Assembly (NCBI RefSeq): GCF_000002865.3
Contig: NW_001865080.1
Span: forward strand, 185,716 to 249,715
Source of the DNA: Monosiga brevicollis MX1
Taxonomy: Eukaryota
Reading direction: 5' to 3'
DNA: 64,000 nucleotides
Part shown: piece after piece, positions 45,147 to 58,710 of the stretch
Layout: each line of letters starts with the position of its first letter
Numbering within the stretch: position 1 is the first letter of the stretch
Notes under the pieces: model-generated
Database searches by the model: none
Told to the model about the DNA's origin: nothing
The model's input: only the letters and a program-made list of their open reading frames with translations
Translations under genes and position numbers: made by a program

Positions 45147-45453
45147 TCTCTCAGGTATGGTGCTTTATTCCCGGTTGTCTCATCTCATACAACTCTGTAC
45201 CAGAGGCACGGCAGGGTAGCAGCAGCCCACCTGGACACCAGAGCCGGCAGCAGAGGAGGCCGAAAAGTTCAGCAGGCACCGAGAGAGACAGAGAGAGAGA
45301 GAGAGACATTCAATCTCATCAAGGATGTAAAAATACCACGCGTAGTAGTTCTATAACAAGCAAAACAAGAGGAACCGTTCTGATGCGATGACGCAATTGG
45401 GTTTTGTTGTTTGATTTTTTGAGAAAAAAATTTAAAAATTTTTCAAGCTGATC

Positions 45454-47843
45454 ATGATGAGGCGATGCCTCTGCGGGCGCGGCAGGAGGTGGTCCTTGGG
45501 AGCAGAGGCGGCGGTAGTGGTGGTGGTGTTGACGGTGGCTATGGCAGTGTCAGTGGTGGCAGAGGTGGAGGTGTCGTGTGCGCCAGTGGGAGGCCAGCAC
45601 CTGTTGGTCAATTGGACGGCACAGGCGGAGACTGACTTTTATGCCGTTCAACTCCATCTGTGGCTCAACGACAGCACAGCCGCGGCACCCTTTTGGCGGG
45701 GAACCACGCAGCAGACCAGCTTTTTACTTGAAGACCTTCGACCCAACATTGAGTATGCCGTATCTGTTCGCACGCATCCTGACTCAGCGCCTTCGATTGT
45801 GTGGCACTGGCGCAACGACTCGGCAGCGCCACGCCGTTGCGCACTGCTCGCCGGGCCGTCCGTGGTCGATCGTTCGGCCCTGGTCGTCGTTCAGAGCTCC
45901 ACCCACGCACTGGTAGTTCAAGCGGCATCATCTGTTCAGCAACTGCACCTCACCCGACTGGGTCGTCGTGATCTCACAGAGCGTACTCCAACCCGTGTCG
46001 CCCAAGTTTTGGCTCGGCCCAGCCAGCCTGACCGTGTCCTCGGGATAGCGCGCTCTGGAGTGATCGAGATTCCTCAACTCGAGCCAGCCTCGCTGTATCT
46101 TTTGGCTGCTGATGGATACCAGGTCCTGGCACGCACCGCGGCTCCTGGTGTCACTTTTCTCTCGGTGCGAATTGCCTCATCCCTTGCCAGCCGCTTCTCA
46201 AGGAACCGAATCTCACCTGCCTCCCGGGGGCGGCGTCGGCTCACTTTCTTGTCTGGCATGAGCAGGTATACCGCGTGTCAGAGTACACAACCGAAGTTGA
46301 CTACCTGGCCAATCACAACTCAGCTGGACTCGCTGCTCAAGCTGCCTTCCTGACCAACACCAACTCGGCCCTCTTCTTCAACGTCAGCCTGAACCCTCCC
46401 GTTACCGAGTATGTCTGTGCCGCTTGGATAGGCACCCTCATCGAGGAAGAACCAGCTAGCCGAGACAAGCATAGCAAGGCCATGCTTCGAAGGACTGGCT
46501 TTTCTGCCGAGCTGTGTTGATTTATGGCACTGAGGGTCAATCGCTTTCGTTGCGGTGTCTGCTCTAGGTATTGCGTGGCACGCCAGGCAGACCTTGATTT
46601 TGCCCCATACGTGTCCTGCAATGGACCAGAGGCCGAACCCAGGTACTTTGGCCCGCGTACTTCAAAGCTGCTGGTCAGTGCTGGGCTTGTGACCGCCATG
46701 ATGGACGGAACGGGTTTTGCGGGTGTAGAAATCAACCAGAGGATCCCATGTGTATTTGTGACGTCTGGGCCGATCGGATGATTGCGCTGCAAACAAGCAC
46801 CGACTTCCAGCAGGTTCGAACACCGATGGGGCAAGGGGGTGGCATGCATTCATCCCAATCTTGCAAACCAGCGAGCGGCTCGCTGATAGACCCCATGCTC
46901 TTGCCCAAACGCTAGTGCGATCCCATTACATGGGGTCCCAATCACACCCACGACGACCCGGCCTGCTATTGGTAAGCCCGTGCCAGCCACTACTCGCTGC
47001 AATTCTTGTTGTGGTCGCCCCTTCCGATTCAAGCAAACGTGCATGCCGTAGTCCCGCTGCTCTTGGGCTCACGGTACGACATCGTGTCTCTGGCGTTTGA
47101 ATGTAGCTTCAACGGGACCAGTCGCTCCAAGTGGAACATGGAGCCTGCCTCGCAAGCTGGTCTGGGACGAAGTGACGTCTTCCTGCCCTTTTTCTACTAC
47201 CAGGTCCGATTGGCATCAAACGGCAAAGCTGAAGCACCTGGCTGAGGATACTAGACGACGCTTGCCCGCAATGTCAGAGGGCGTTGCGAGTCCGATGGCC
47301 AACGCTAATTGGAGCGCGCTCTGCGCCTGTGATAGGTGCCGCAACCTTTCTATGAGAACGTCACTTTTATTGGGTCTTTTTACAGCCACCCCAGCACTGC
47401 ACGGTGTGAGGTGGGCCATTTGCCCCGCACCTGTACACCGAGTTGATCTGAGGAAAAGATGGCGTCCGTTGCCCTGCGATGCGACCAGCAGCCACGACTC
47501 AAGTATGATGTCTGGACGCGTAGGGCTTTGGGCAGTTGCCGGAGAAGCAGCCTGACAAGTGTTCATGGAGTACAATGCCTGGCGCGCGCATCGTGTACGG
47601 CAACACCTTACTCGACTTGGGCTGGAACGCTACAGATGTACGCCTGCGTCCCTCGTTCGTCTGGTTGAAGAACTCGAAAAGTATCATCATTAACGCCGTG
47701 TCTTCATCCTGCAGGTTCCGCACTGGCCGCTTCATACGGTTGGGCCCAACACGACAGCACAGGTGTTGGCCAACACGCCGCTTCTGCAACAAGCTTTCGA
47801 TGATCTGCAGCGGTGGCTTGTACCCCGCTGCTGTGGTTGTTGA
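45454..47843 (+). CDS. Secreted protein with an N-terminal FN3 domain and Cys-rich C-terminal region ending RCCGC; multi-exon
   Basis: Signal peptide; FN3-like LLVNW...LLEDLRPNIEYAVSVR; downstream exons bounded by GT/AG; terminal LQQAFDDLQRWLVPRCCGC*. Confidence 0.55.
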
Positions 47844-48009
47844 TGCGTCTTGGGGGCAGACATGACATAATATTCACGAATTTCTGACGAATTTAGACAT
47901 AATTTTGACATATTTTTTTTTTGAAAAATGGCATGTGAATCAAAAGCACTGAGGCATCAAACAAGTGTGGACACTGAGGGGCATGTACACGAGAGGAATG
48001 AGCATGCGT

Positions 48010-50349
48010 TTATTCGCCGATGATGTGAAGCAGAAGGCGCTTGTAGTCACCACTGCAGTCGCCCTCGACCATCTTTGAGAGCTTCTTGTGATACAGCTCG
48101 TGGAAGCGTTGCTTCACCACCTCGAGGTCCTTCTCCGAACGTGTAACAATCACACGAATCAGATCGGCATCGGCAGTGCCAAAACCCTACACACACGGTC
48201 GGAACAAAGTTGTTAACAGAGACAAAAGAGGGAGAAATAGGCAAACCATAAAAATGAGAGCGCACAGACAAGACAAGGCCCAAACAGGATCGTCCGAGCG
48301 CTCAAGACACGTACCTTCATGGCGCGGTAAGCCCGCTCGGCAAAGTAGCCGGGCATGTCGACGGCAGCCTGCAGCATAGACACCATGGCAAACTCGTAGT
48401 TGCCGCTCATTTCCTGCCATGACGGATGAATGAAAGAGTCGGAAGTGAGAGGCACGAGGGGTGGAACAATCGAGGGGTGGGTTGTGGTAGGGCAGGCCCC
48501 ACCTTCTCGATAGCGCGGCGAAGGCCGTAGTCGCTGATCTTGGCGTACTCGTCGGCCGTAGCTACAGACATGTGCCAAAGAGGGGTCAGGCTGGCTGTAC
48601 CGGATCACAAAAGGGCACGTGCAAGAGTGGAATTGAAGGTGACAGACCCTTGATCTGAGCGGCTGAACGTGACATGAAGATGCGGTTGAACTCCGACTGC
48701 ATAGGCAAGGCGACAAGGGAAAAGAAGAAGAAGAAGAAGAAGAAGCGTGAGAATGTCCCTCCACAGTGTGAGCTAGTGCCTTGATCCACGGGACGGGAAA
48801 GAGGGCGCATCGCCATCCTGAAACACAACTGCGCCAAACCAGCAGGCCTTGGCAAAAGACACCAAAGCTGAATCATACCTCGTCGGTGCCCCAGCGCTTC
48901 TCGCCGGCGTCAAACAGTGCCTTGGCCTGAGATGGTAAAACGGGTCGACAACATGGGGTCAGGGCGGTGTGTGTCTTGTTCTGGGGGGCGGGGTACAGAG
49001 GGTACTCACGTCTTCGCTGGCCAGGGCTTGGTCCACCTTGTCCGTCTCGTCACGGTTGGCCTGGAGCAAGGAAATGTAGATGCGCTTGAGGTGACCACCA
49101 TTTTCCGAGGAAATGGCCTTTTCCAGATCCTTGTGATAGGCCTTTTCGTAGGCAGCCTTGATGGCTGCAATCTAATTTGAGTAAAGCGATAGAGGTGAAG
49201 ATCAAGTGAGATCAAGTGAGCGACGGACGTAGGACACTGAAATTGGCTGCATGGGGTACAGGCGCACATACCTCGGCATTGGAGCGGGTGGCCAGAATCT
49301 CGGTAATGTCTGCGATAGAGCCACGGGGAGGGCCATGGCAGCGGTGAGATGGCGGGATCAGGCTTCCGTGTGCAAGATGCGCGGCAACAAGCTTTTGGGT
49401 AGAGCGGCAGGCGGGAAAATCTCCAACTGACCAGCCTCGTCTGTGCCAGCGCCCTTCATGGCCTCGTGCAGAGAGAAGGCATCATATCTGATGTTCAAAA
49501 AACAACCAAACCGTCACTCCAGTGAGGCGACTATCATCAGAGCTGACAAAGGATGAAGAGGGACAAGGCGCAGCTTGAACATCGTTGTATCAGCGGGAAT
49601 CTGCTACTTACTCGGCCGGGGGCATCATCATGGCAAGGACGGCGCGCTCGAGGTTGCCGCCAAGCTCTATCCAGAATTGGAAAAAAAAAAAAACGAAAAG
49701 AAAGGGTCGCACTGTAAGTCAAGGCGAGAACAACTTGTTTAACAATTTTTTTTTCTTTTTTTTGAGAAAAACCACAAAAGCACAAGAAAAAAACACGTCT
49801 CTTCTTACCCGACTTGAGATCATCCACAAGATCACGGCCAAACATGGTCTATCGAATCCAGTCCGGTTTGATCCGAAGAGTCATCAATGAGAGATCGGGG
49901 CAGTCGGGAACAAGGGTCGGGCAGATCAAAAGTGAGCACATGTTTGTTTACCTTGTACTGGACCTTGAGCTGCTGGCGCTGCGCATTGTCGACGGAGCAG
50001 AGCACTTCGATAACAGCGCGCTCGTTGCAACCAAGACCTGTACATGTCGCGTGATGAGTGATGAGTGAACCAGACTCGACTTTGGTGGTGGTGGGGGCAC
50101 CGATAAAACTGTGGCAAGAGACGGTGGCGCAGCACTAGCACTGACCCTTCATGGCCTTGCGCAAAGCCTGCATCGTGCCACACAGATGGTGGAAGCGCCC
50201 AAGGGATTTGTATAAGTTGAAGACAGACAGCGCACGCAACGAGAGCCGGCCACAAACCGCTCAACAAAACAACAAATTAAGACAGTGAATGGGCGGACCT
50301 TGCAGAGTTCTTCGCCATCAAAGGCGGTGTGGGCGTGAATCGTAGCCAT
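48010..50349 (-). CDS. Annexin with four repeats and a very short N-terminus; intron-rich
   Basis: Spliced repeats AMKGLGCNE, AMKGAGTDE, GEKRWGTDE and AMKGFGTAD...LIRVIVTRSE...SGDYKRLLL; TAA at 48010-48012. Confidence 0.95.
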
Positions 50350-51109
50350 GATGCTGTCCTACAAAGTTCACGGGCACAGTTACCATGAGACCCAGGCGAG
50401 GGCACAAGGGCAGAAGAAAGAGGAGGGGGGGTGAAGGTGCGGGCCGCGCTGCCATGCCTCGCTCGGGGACGTGCCACTGACTTTTGGATGCTTGAGAAAT
50501 GAAAAAAAAATGCCACACCTCGTCGATGAGGATTGCCACTCTCTGCAGCGCTGATGGTGATTCCGCAACTTCTCTGGATAGTATGCGGTCACGTCTCACA
50601 TCTCTGATTTATAGTAGATATGGTAAGGCTTGCAAGTCTTGTAAAGCTCCATAGCTCCATATCTCTGACTGATGACGACGATGACAATGTTGCCTCTGTA
50701 AATATGTCTCACTTGCATCACTGCTCTCGAGTCAAAATGCTGACTCGTCGCGTCCAGTGCTGCTCGAGCTGGTCATCATCCATCTAAATATATCAGTATC
50801 TTCTTTATTTAGACTTCCGCCACAGTCAGCGCCTTTTAAAATTCTGACATTCTATTTGTCAGAAGCTCTGAAGGCGCCAACGACCGTTTGACGCGGCTGC
50901 GACTCTGGGGGGGGGGTTTTTTTTTCAACTTGAATTGGCGAGCTTGCTGCGCGTGTTGTGGGTCAGAGGGGACGAAGCGAAGGGCCGTCTGGGCAATGCG
51001 CTTGGCTGGGGGGAAGAAGGACTGGTGTTGCACGGCCATGGTCATACCATGATCAGGGGGACGGGGTAGTCTGGTGAGGGGATGATTGGTGCCCACCGGT
51101 CGGCCAGAC

Positions 51110-52572
51110 ATGTCGACAACTCCGGCGGCAGGGAAAGCGCCGATGCATACGGCATCGGCCTCACCCACCGTGCGACAACTATTGGCGATTCCGGTAACGA
51201 TCAAGCGCTTGATGGTTCCATTCTCCCAGCCCTTTGATTTCCCAGCCGGCGATCCTCGTGTGTAAATGCATTTGCTTCACCGGGCGCATGCTCATCGTCC
51301 TGTGTGGGCTAGGGTTCATCGCAATGGCCCGACGCAGCTGGGTCTTCGCCTCTTCCATGGGCGACCTTACGCGACCATCCGGACCGCCCCGAGCCTCATC
51401 CACAGCTTCATGGCATCTGCGCCCCCTCTTCAATGTCGGCTCCGGCTCCTTTGGTCCCCTCGTTGCTGGTTGAGCGCGCAACCTGATTCCTGGTTCACGC
51501 ATCGTGTGTGCAGGGCGTTGCGCACGCTCCTCTTCCACGAATGCTTAGCATGGGCCACCCGAGGGTACCAGGTCATCTTTTTGACGAGTACATCTGAGGA
51601 TCTGGGCCGCATCCCTCCCTTAATGTGTACTCAACTCGAGCGTCCGAGCCTTGCAACCCTTGACGCCATTGAAATTCGTCACCTCCCCGCGTGAGTTCGA
51701 CTCCACCCCGCATTGGCGCGCCGTCGTTGTTGTTTCCGTCCTGCTGCTGCCTCAACCTTTTGGCCACACACAGACACTCACAGACAATTACTTTTTCTCA
51801 TTGCGCGGATGGACGGAGATAGGCGCTCGGATTTACTGGCCTATTTGAGTTGTTGCCACCGGGCCATTCAGCACACGCGTTGGCTGCTGGTCCTTGACGA
51901 TGTGCAGGCTTGGGCGCAGGTTTGTGCTTCCGCCGGGATGAGGTTCTCTCAGACGAGAGCCATGTGCGTGCCGTCAGGCAATGTCACGCCCATGGCCCTT
52001 CTCATTTCCCTTTCCTTGCCCCGCTGTGCTACCCTGTTTCAGGCGCCGAGCGACGTGGCGCGGATCGTGGCTCTAGCACGCAACGCCACTGCCACCGAGT
52101 CGTACGTGGGGCCCAGGGTCTTGACCGTCTTAATAAACAGTGAAAAACGAAAAACGGGTCTGCCGGCATTTGTTCTCATCACTGGTCGTGCTGGTGGGGT
52201 TAGAGGCCAATCGTCAGCCCTGTGCGTCGGCTGCGTGCTGCGGGAGCCCATCAGCCCCGATGAACAAAGTCGGCTGCAGGTGCTGCGACGCTTTATGGGT
52301 CCCATATTGCGCTTACACACATCGACGGTGCGTCAGGTCATCTCCCCTAGTTGAATGCAGATCAAACCTGGTCGTCCACAAGGCTCAAAGCATGCTCAAA
52401 AACACGCCTCTCCCCGTGTGTGTTTGCCGCCGTGCAGCGTGATCCGCCAAACCGTTTACAAGGCCATCTGGTCCTGGCTGCGCAACCCTGGATCCAAAAC
52501 TATGACGAGCACCAAACCGAGGTTGTCCTGGACATGGGCCCAGACGACTGGCAATTGCTCCACGCGGAGTGA
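51110..52572 (+). CDS. SWSAP1-like RecA/RAD51-paralog fold protein; multi-exon, start uncertain
   Basis: ALRTLLFHECLAWATRGYQVIFLT...TLDAIEIR|...DLLAYLSCCH...LLVLDDVQAW parallels SWSAP1 (KTALLFAAAL...VLFLT...LQKIRFQY...ELFRLLCSAH...LLLLDGL). Confidence 0.6.
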
Positions 52573-52876
52573 CGTGCTGAGAAATGCACCGTATCAAAGC
52601 CCGAATAACGTGACTGACAGACTACAATTTTATCATACCGCTCAGCGGCGTTCTGCCAATTCTCTTTGCCAAAGTCTAAGGCAGCCGCCAGGTGGCAGCG
52701 AAAAAGAAAAAAAAGAAAAAAGAAAAAAGAAAAAAGAAAAAAGAAAAAAGAAAAAAAAAAAAAGCAAGGAGGAAAAGGATACACACAAAGCAAAGGAAGA
52801 CGACTGCGTGGGGAAGCTAGGGCGAGCGACGACAGAGCATGGGTGGTCAAAAACTTGGATGATGGCAGAGACAAGG

Positions 52877-54068
52877 TCATGCTTTTGGACTGGAGGAACG
52901 TCGCGCACGCTTGCTGGTGGGCGATCCCGACTCGGAAGCTCCTGGCTCTGGTATTGATGCAGTGCCACCGGCCTGGCTCGGGCCAGACCGGTCTTCTGTT
53001 GCATGTGCATCGGCACCGTCTGCTACCGTCGGTTGTGACGCGCGCCGGCCGGTTCCCGATCCGGCTGTAGAAGATCGCGGGGTTGTTGTGTTGGGGCGGC
53101 GCAAGGGTCGTCGCTTGCGGGCAGACCTGGGTGTGTCTATCGTTCAACAAGCAAGCATGCCGACACGCGTCTAGTGAGAAAAGCCGGTGGACATTGCCTT
53201 CAAGAATTGCATCTCACTGCTTTGGGCAGGTAGCAGATTGGCCGGGTAAGTGGGCCACAGCGTTTGGCCCTTGGACAATCAACTACCTTGTGCATCGGAG
53301 CGCAGAATGATACGCTGGCACTCTAAAGCGTTGAGGGTCGTCTGGAAGAAAGCCAGCCGCCTTGTCTGATCTGTTGACAGCGGGAAGCACGCATCATGGT
53401 TTGCGTCGACACGTTCAAGACAGGCAGAGAGATACCGGTCAGATGGGTAGGATGTGGTGCGAACGGGGCCCCTGCAGGAGGCCGGCCAGGCCCATCTTCA
53501 TCACGCACCTTCGGTTGGTTCCACCTTGAGTATCAGGTGCGTTCCCAGCGCCTCTACAGGACAGCAAGGGATAAAACCGGTGTGACCCTGCGTGCGCGCG
53601 AGAGAAGATGACCAGGCGCTCGCCGACGCAACGGTTACGAACCAGAGTGCCGGGCCTCGAAAACTTGATCGTTCAGCTGCACAAATGGGGTGGCTGTGTG
53701 CTGGCCCTGCCGTGATTCGCGAGGTTGGTGTCAGCGCAACGCACACGCACAGGTATTGCGTCTGTGTCCTCCACGATCACTCACGATGATGTGAAATGCT
53801 CGGGCAGCATTTGCATCGGTGCGGGGCAGCTCAAAGTCGGCCACCACATACGTGACCTGTCGTTGGCCCAACAAGCCAGGTAGTGAAAGCAACAACAAGT
53901 CAAAAGCCACAGCTTCGTTCCAGCGTGACATACCTCATACTCATCACCATCTTCGGCATCTACTGGAATCCCTCCCTCATTCACCGCCGTCGCCGTCGCC
54001 GTCGCCGCTGTCGTGACCGTTGCGTTGACCGCCTCGGCCTCCGTGTCCGTCGTCGTCGTCGTCGCCAT
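52877..54068 (-). CDS. GTF3C6: TFIIIC subunit 6 (triple-barrel domain) protein; multi-exon, 3' end approximate
   Basis: Spliced DEYE|VTYVVADF...FHII|GQHTATPFVQLNDQVFEARHS|EALGTHLIL matches the GTF3C6 pattern (VLVEL...LGIDTERPILQVD..VF.GEYEDTLGT.VIF). Confidence 0.7.
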
Positions 54069-54197
54069 CAGTTCCGGGTTTAAAAAGTCTGACAATAGGA
54101 TAGATGAGTCTTCTCAAGTCTTCATCAGTCTCCCGGAAGACGACAACCTGGACGCTTTGACAGTGTGTATGTGTATGTGTATGTGTGTGTGTGTGTG

Positions 54198-54228
<31 letters not shown>

Positions 54229-54231
54229 GGA

Positions 54232-54272
<41 letters not shown>

Positions 54273-54846
54273 CTCTTCTCTCTCTCTCTTGTTTTTTTCT
54301 TCTGTCAGCAGTTGCTCGCTCGTTGCCGCTGCCGTTCTCTTCTTCTTCATCTGCTTCATATTCTTCATCTCTTCATCATTGTCGGCGTCGTCGGCGTCGG
54401 CGGCGGCGGTGTCATTGGACTCAGCAGTGGAGTGCAGGAATCTGCATTTGCATTTGTGCGAGTGTTGCTCGGCTTGGTGTTGGCAAGATCGGTTAGGTTG
54501 GTGTGAATGGGCCGTCGGCAGCAGCGTCTGCTTCGTTTTCAGAAGGAGCTGTCTGGAACGACCGACCACCGGCACACTCGGGTCGTGCCAAGTTGAGGGA
54601 CGGCGGCTCCTCGGTGCGTGTGTGGGCGTGTGTGTGGTCATCCATAGCCGACCATCGTGAGGTAAGCCTGCTCTTCTGCCTGTGATGGTTGAGCTCCTCG
54701 TCATTTGGGACAAAGGTCCCTACAGGCAGCCCTGATGATCGGTGTGATCAAAAGCCAGCCCACGCTCGCTTTCTTGGTTCGAAATCTGGCTTCACTTCAT
54801 TCATCGCGCCTCCACCACCTGTGTCGACTCTACCCTGGTCTTAGCC

Positions 54847-57800
54847 ATGTCTTCAGACGTGGTTCGCAATGGCTGGCTCATCAAGAGCCCCCCACCCGGC
54901 GCCCTCAAGGGCTGGAAACGTCGCTTCTTTCGCTTTCTTCGCGCTGTACGCCCGCGCCCTGCTCTTTGGTCCAGCCGTTGTAGCGCGCCGTTTCCACTCG
55001 TGTCAGCTCATACGCTTCTTGGCTCCTGGGTTTGCCCACAGACCAACGCCGGGAAGGCACGCATGGAATACTACGTTGATCCCGGAGACGTACAGCGTTC
55101 CATGCCCAAGGGTATTATCAATCTCTCTGACTGCACTACGGTGGAAGAAGGCCCTTCCGAAGAGCGCCGCATGAAGTTTTTCTTTCGCATTGTCCTGCCA
55201 CAGCGCACCTACGTTCTTTGTGCCGAGAATCGCTTGGAGCGCGATGATTGGATCAAAGATCTTCGTGAGGAGCTCTTTGCCAAAGCCGTGGCCACACCGC
55301 CTGCTGCAACGCCCGCCCCCACCCCGGCACTTCCGTCCAACCCCGCCTCGCCCGCGCACAGCTCCCGCAACAGCGCTAGCAGCGGCTCCCAGCTTCCTGG
55401 CCACAGCGTTCGCCAGCCACCTCCCACTCCCACACCGTTTCAGGGCCAGCCGGCCTCCTCGCCATCCAAGGATCACGGTGCCAGCCGTCCTCAGGTTCGG
55501 GCCCACCGCACGCTCAAACCGCAACTTGAATACGGGGTCCTCGCAATTTTGCTGGGGGAGGGAAGGGGTTTCCTTAAAATAACGCTTGTATCACTTGCAA
55601 TCTCCCCCCCTTGCTTCTTCTACATCTCATCCCCTCACTGAATGGCTCTTTTCCTTTTCTCTACACTCGCCCATCCTCTCGCCACTAGACGGCTGCGCCG
55701 CGCCGTACCACGGTGTCCTCCAGAGCCTCGTGCTCCATGCCCACTCGGCCATGTGCACGACCCACTCATGTATGCTTCACCTTGGGCCACGCCTTCTCGG
55801 TCCTCCTCGAACGACGCTCACTTATTCCCCAACCCTGCTTTTGTTTTCTTTTTAGCCCAAGCCCGTGGGCCCGGATAACTGGCTCTACGGCAAGATTAGT
55901 CGACAAATGGCTGAAGACCTGCTGGCTGATTATGGTCACCAGCAGGGCATGTTCATCGTTCGAGAATCGAGTCAAAGGTACGCGATCAAGAGTCGCACAG
56001 GCACACGAAGCGTTGCCAAAGCGGTGCAGGTCCCCTCGGCCACTTTTACGTACTCTGTTCTCACATTGGCTCATATATAGGGGGTCGCATGCCGTGACGG
56101 TCGTGCACCAGGGCCGGGTCATTCACCACCTGGTCACTCAAACTGCGGGAGGGCTGTACCTGCTTAACAACCAGCCGTGTGGCTCCTGTGCCTCCTTGGA
56201 GGAGGTGATCGACTTTCTCGGCACCCCACATAGCACACCAGTGCGCTGGAAGTCTGCCCTCATCATCAGCCCCCTCGATTTTGATAAGAACCTCCTCTCG
56301 GGTGGTGCCAACAAGCGACAGTCCACTGCACTACCCGCCTACACATCCTTGCCCTTGCAGTCGGAGACTGAGGCCCCTCCTAGCCCCTCTGCTGCAACTA
56401 GCGTACCCGCGAGCCCCGCAGCTTGTCTTGCAGCCAGTCTCCCCCGCCCCACCAATCGGCCCTCCCACTCTGAGCAAGTTTATTCGTGCCAACTCTGTGC
56501 TACCGATGGCGCGCGCCGACTGGGCATCACTGCCAACATGCGTTGTGATGTCCGTGTGATCGGTCGCGACTTTGCCGTCCTCAATCCGGCCAACAGCGTC
56601 GAGCTTGCGAGTTGGAACGTCATTGGCGTGCAAAGGTCAGCAAACCACTGCTTGGGCAACCCTTTTATCTTGAAAAACACATTATGTAAATATACATATC
56701 TTTTGGAGGGCATGGTTTGGGCGTGCCTCTCTTTCATCGTGCCCTCGTCCTGGCTGCACCTCATCCTCCTTTTGTAATCATGCTGTAGCGTCTGCGCCAC
56801 CCCAAAACAATTTGAGTTTGTTATTGTTGGCTCGCAACCCAATCCAGGTTGGTTTTGCTCCTGCTTTTGGCATCATCTTTTACATGCACCCCAAGCCACA
56901 TTCTCACCGCTCGCTGCTCGGCTCGTGTCTTGGACCCTTGGGTCGCTCGGGCTCTTGTCAACATCCAGGGCACTTTTGTTTGGAGACCACCGAGAGTCAA
57001 GCCATCCTTGCCGCCCTCAAGCCTTTCCTGCCACCCTCGGCCATCCGGCCTTCAAACTCCGCGAACGTCGTTGAACGTTCGTAGTTTCGCACAGAGCTTC
57101 TGCCTCCCTATTGCTCGTTTCAGTCTGCGTCTGTCTCATGGTCTCGGGGTGTTGGGTTTGCACGTCTTTCAGCGGGCTTTGAGCTCATGAGCTCAGCGCT
57201 AAATGATGACGACAGCGATGACGAGCGTGCTGTTCAAGACTACCAATGGGATAACCATGGCGTCGAGGAGCCACCAGCGCCGGCCCTTCCTAGTCGCACC
57301 GTGTCAGCTGAACCCAACAATGCGGCTGTCCCGCCCCTACCTCGTCGTGATGCCAAGCGTCAGTACCCGGGCCTTGTATTCGCCAAGCATTTCCTACTCA
57401 GTGCTCACCCCGCTGACTTTTGCCCCGTGCCCTCGCCCCCTCCCTGTATATGCCACCACCCGACAGCCGACGAGACGACGCCAGGAGGTCGGCCTGCAGC
57501 CTCGCGGGTAGGCGTGGCCATGCCTATCCGAGATATCAATGAGGTGGTTAAGGCTCGTGGCGACTTGCGGCGTTCCAATGCCGTCGAAGATATCGGTGCG
57601 TCAGCCCTCACATGCACGTTTTCTTCTTGTCATTCAAAAGAAATGGTTGTCAAATCTGTGCTCACAACTGTCCCATTCCTCCACCCTCCACTTTCCATGT
57701 TGGTGCCACCTTACTCCGATTCAGAGGAAGATGGACTTCTTGAAGTGACCCCGGAGCTGGCTTCGTCCATGTCACAGCCAAGCAATGCCTCAGCTTTGAG

Positions 57801-58440
57801 CGTAGATGCTACCCTGCTGACCACGGCGGCGCCTCCGGTGCCCAGAAAGGATCCAATCCCGTCAGTGGAAGAGGAAGAGGATGGAGCAGAATGGATTGCA
57901 GGAGAAGACTTTGATGCCCAGGGCGACCCTAGCAAGCTCTCGTTCAGCCGAGGCGATGTCTTGCGTGTTCTCGAGGAAACGGACAATGGCTGGTGGTTTG
58001 CCACTCTTAATGGCCAGGAAGGTTGGGTTCCTGCTAGCTTCCTGGACGCCATGGATTACGAAGGCCCCGAGTCTGTCTTGCCGGAGCCCACCTCAGCCAT
58101 GGTGGCACCAGTGCTCGATGAGACCGACGTAGAGATGTCTGCCATGATGGCGGAGCTTGAGCAGCTCCAGGTCATGTCTAGCGCCATGTCCAATGGGGCT
58201 GCAGGCCGGCCTCCAGCCAGTGCCCCAATTGACATTGCGGGTGGACCAGAGCCGCCCCGCCCTGCTGGCGATGAACCCCCACCCCTGCCGCCGCAACAGG
58301 GGACGCTCAGGCCCATTCGGCAAGAGCTGACCGAGGGCGGCATCCTGAACCGCGAGGAGAGCTACGAAGACATGAGTGATGCCTTTTCTCCTGCAAACGA
58401 AGCTCGCGCTCAGGCCTACGAGGTCATGCAGCTACGATAG
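54847..58440 (+). CDS. Phosphotyrosine adaptor: Gab-like PH - SH2 - IRS/DOK-type PTB-like - SH3 - C-terminal YxxM motifs; multi-exon
   Basis: PH: VVRNGWLIKSPP...WKRRFF...PKGIINL...RTYVLCAE...WIKDL. SH2: WLYGKISRQMAEDLL...GMFIVRES. PTB-like: LASWNV...FEFVI...GHFCLET. SH3: LSFSRGD...GWWFATLNGQEGWVPASFL. Confidence 0.85.
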
Positions 58441-58674
58441 GACATGTCGCACCGACTACTTTTTGTTAGCTTGTCATTGGCAATGAGCTCTTAGCGCCCT
58501 GCCACCAAGATTCTGTTTTTGACCATGCACCGCTGGTGTCTTCCTCGGATTGGCTCCTTGACTTGTTCTCCCATCCGTTGTCGATCTTGATGCCTCGTGT
58601 TGGTGTTGTACACTTGATTCCCTTCTTCGTTGCTTGGTTTTGACAACTCATTCTAACTGCTCCTCTGTTCTTGT

Positions 58675-58710
<36 letters not shown>

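Noticed and set aside
52355..53070. Lys-rich ORFs (also 25884..26255)
   Set aside because: They come from A-rich tracts near the 3' ends of convergent genes.
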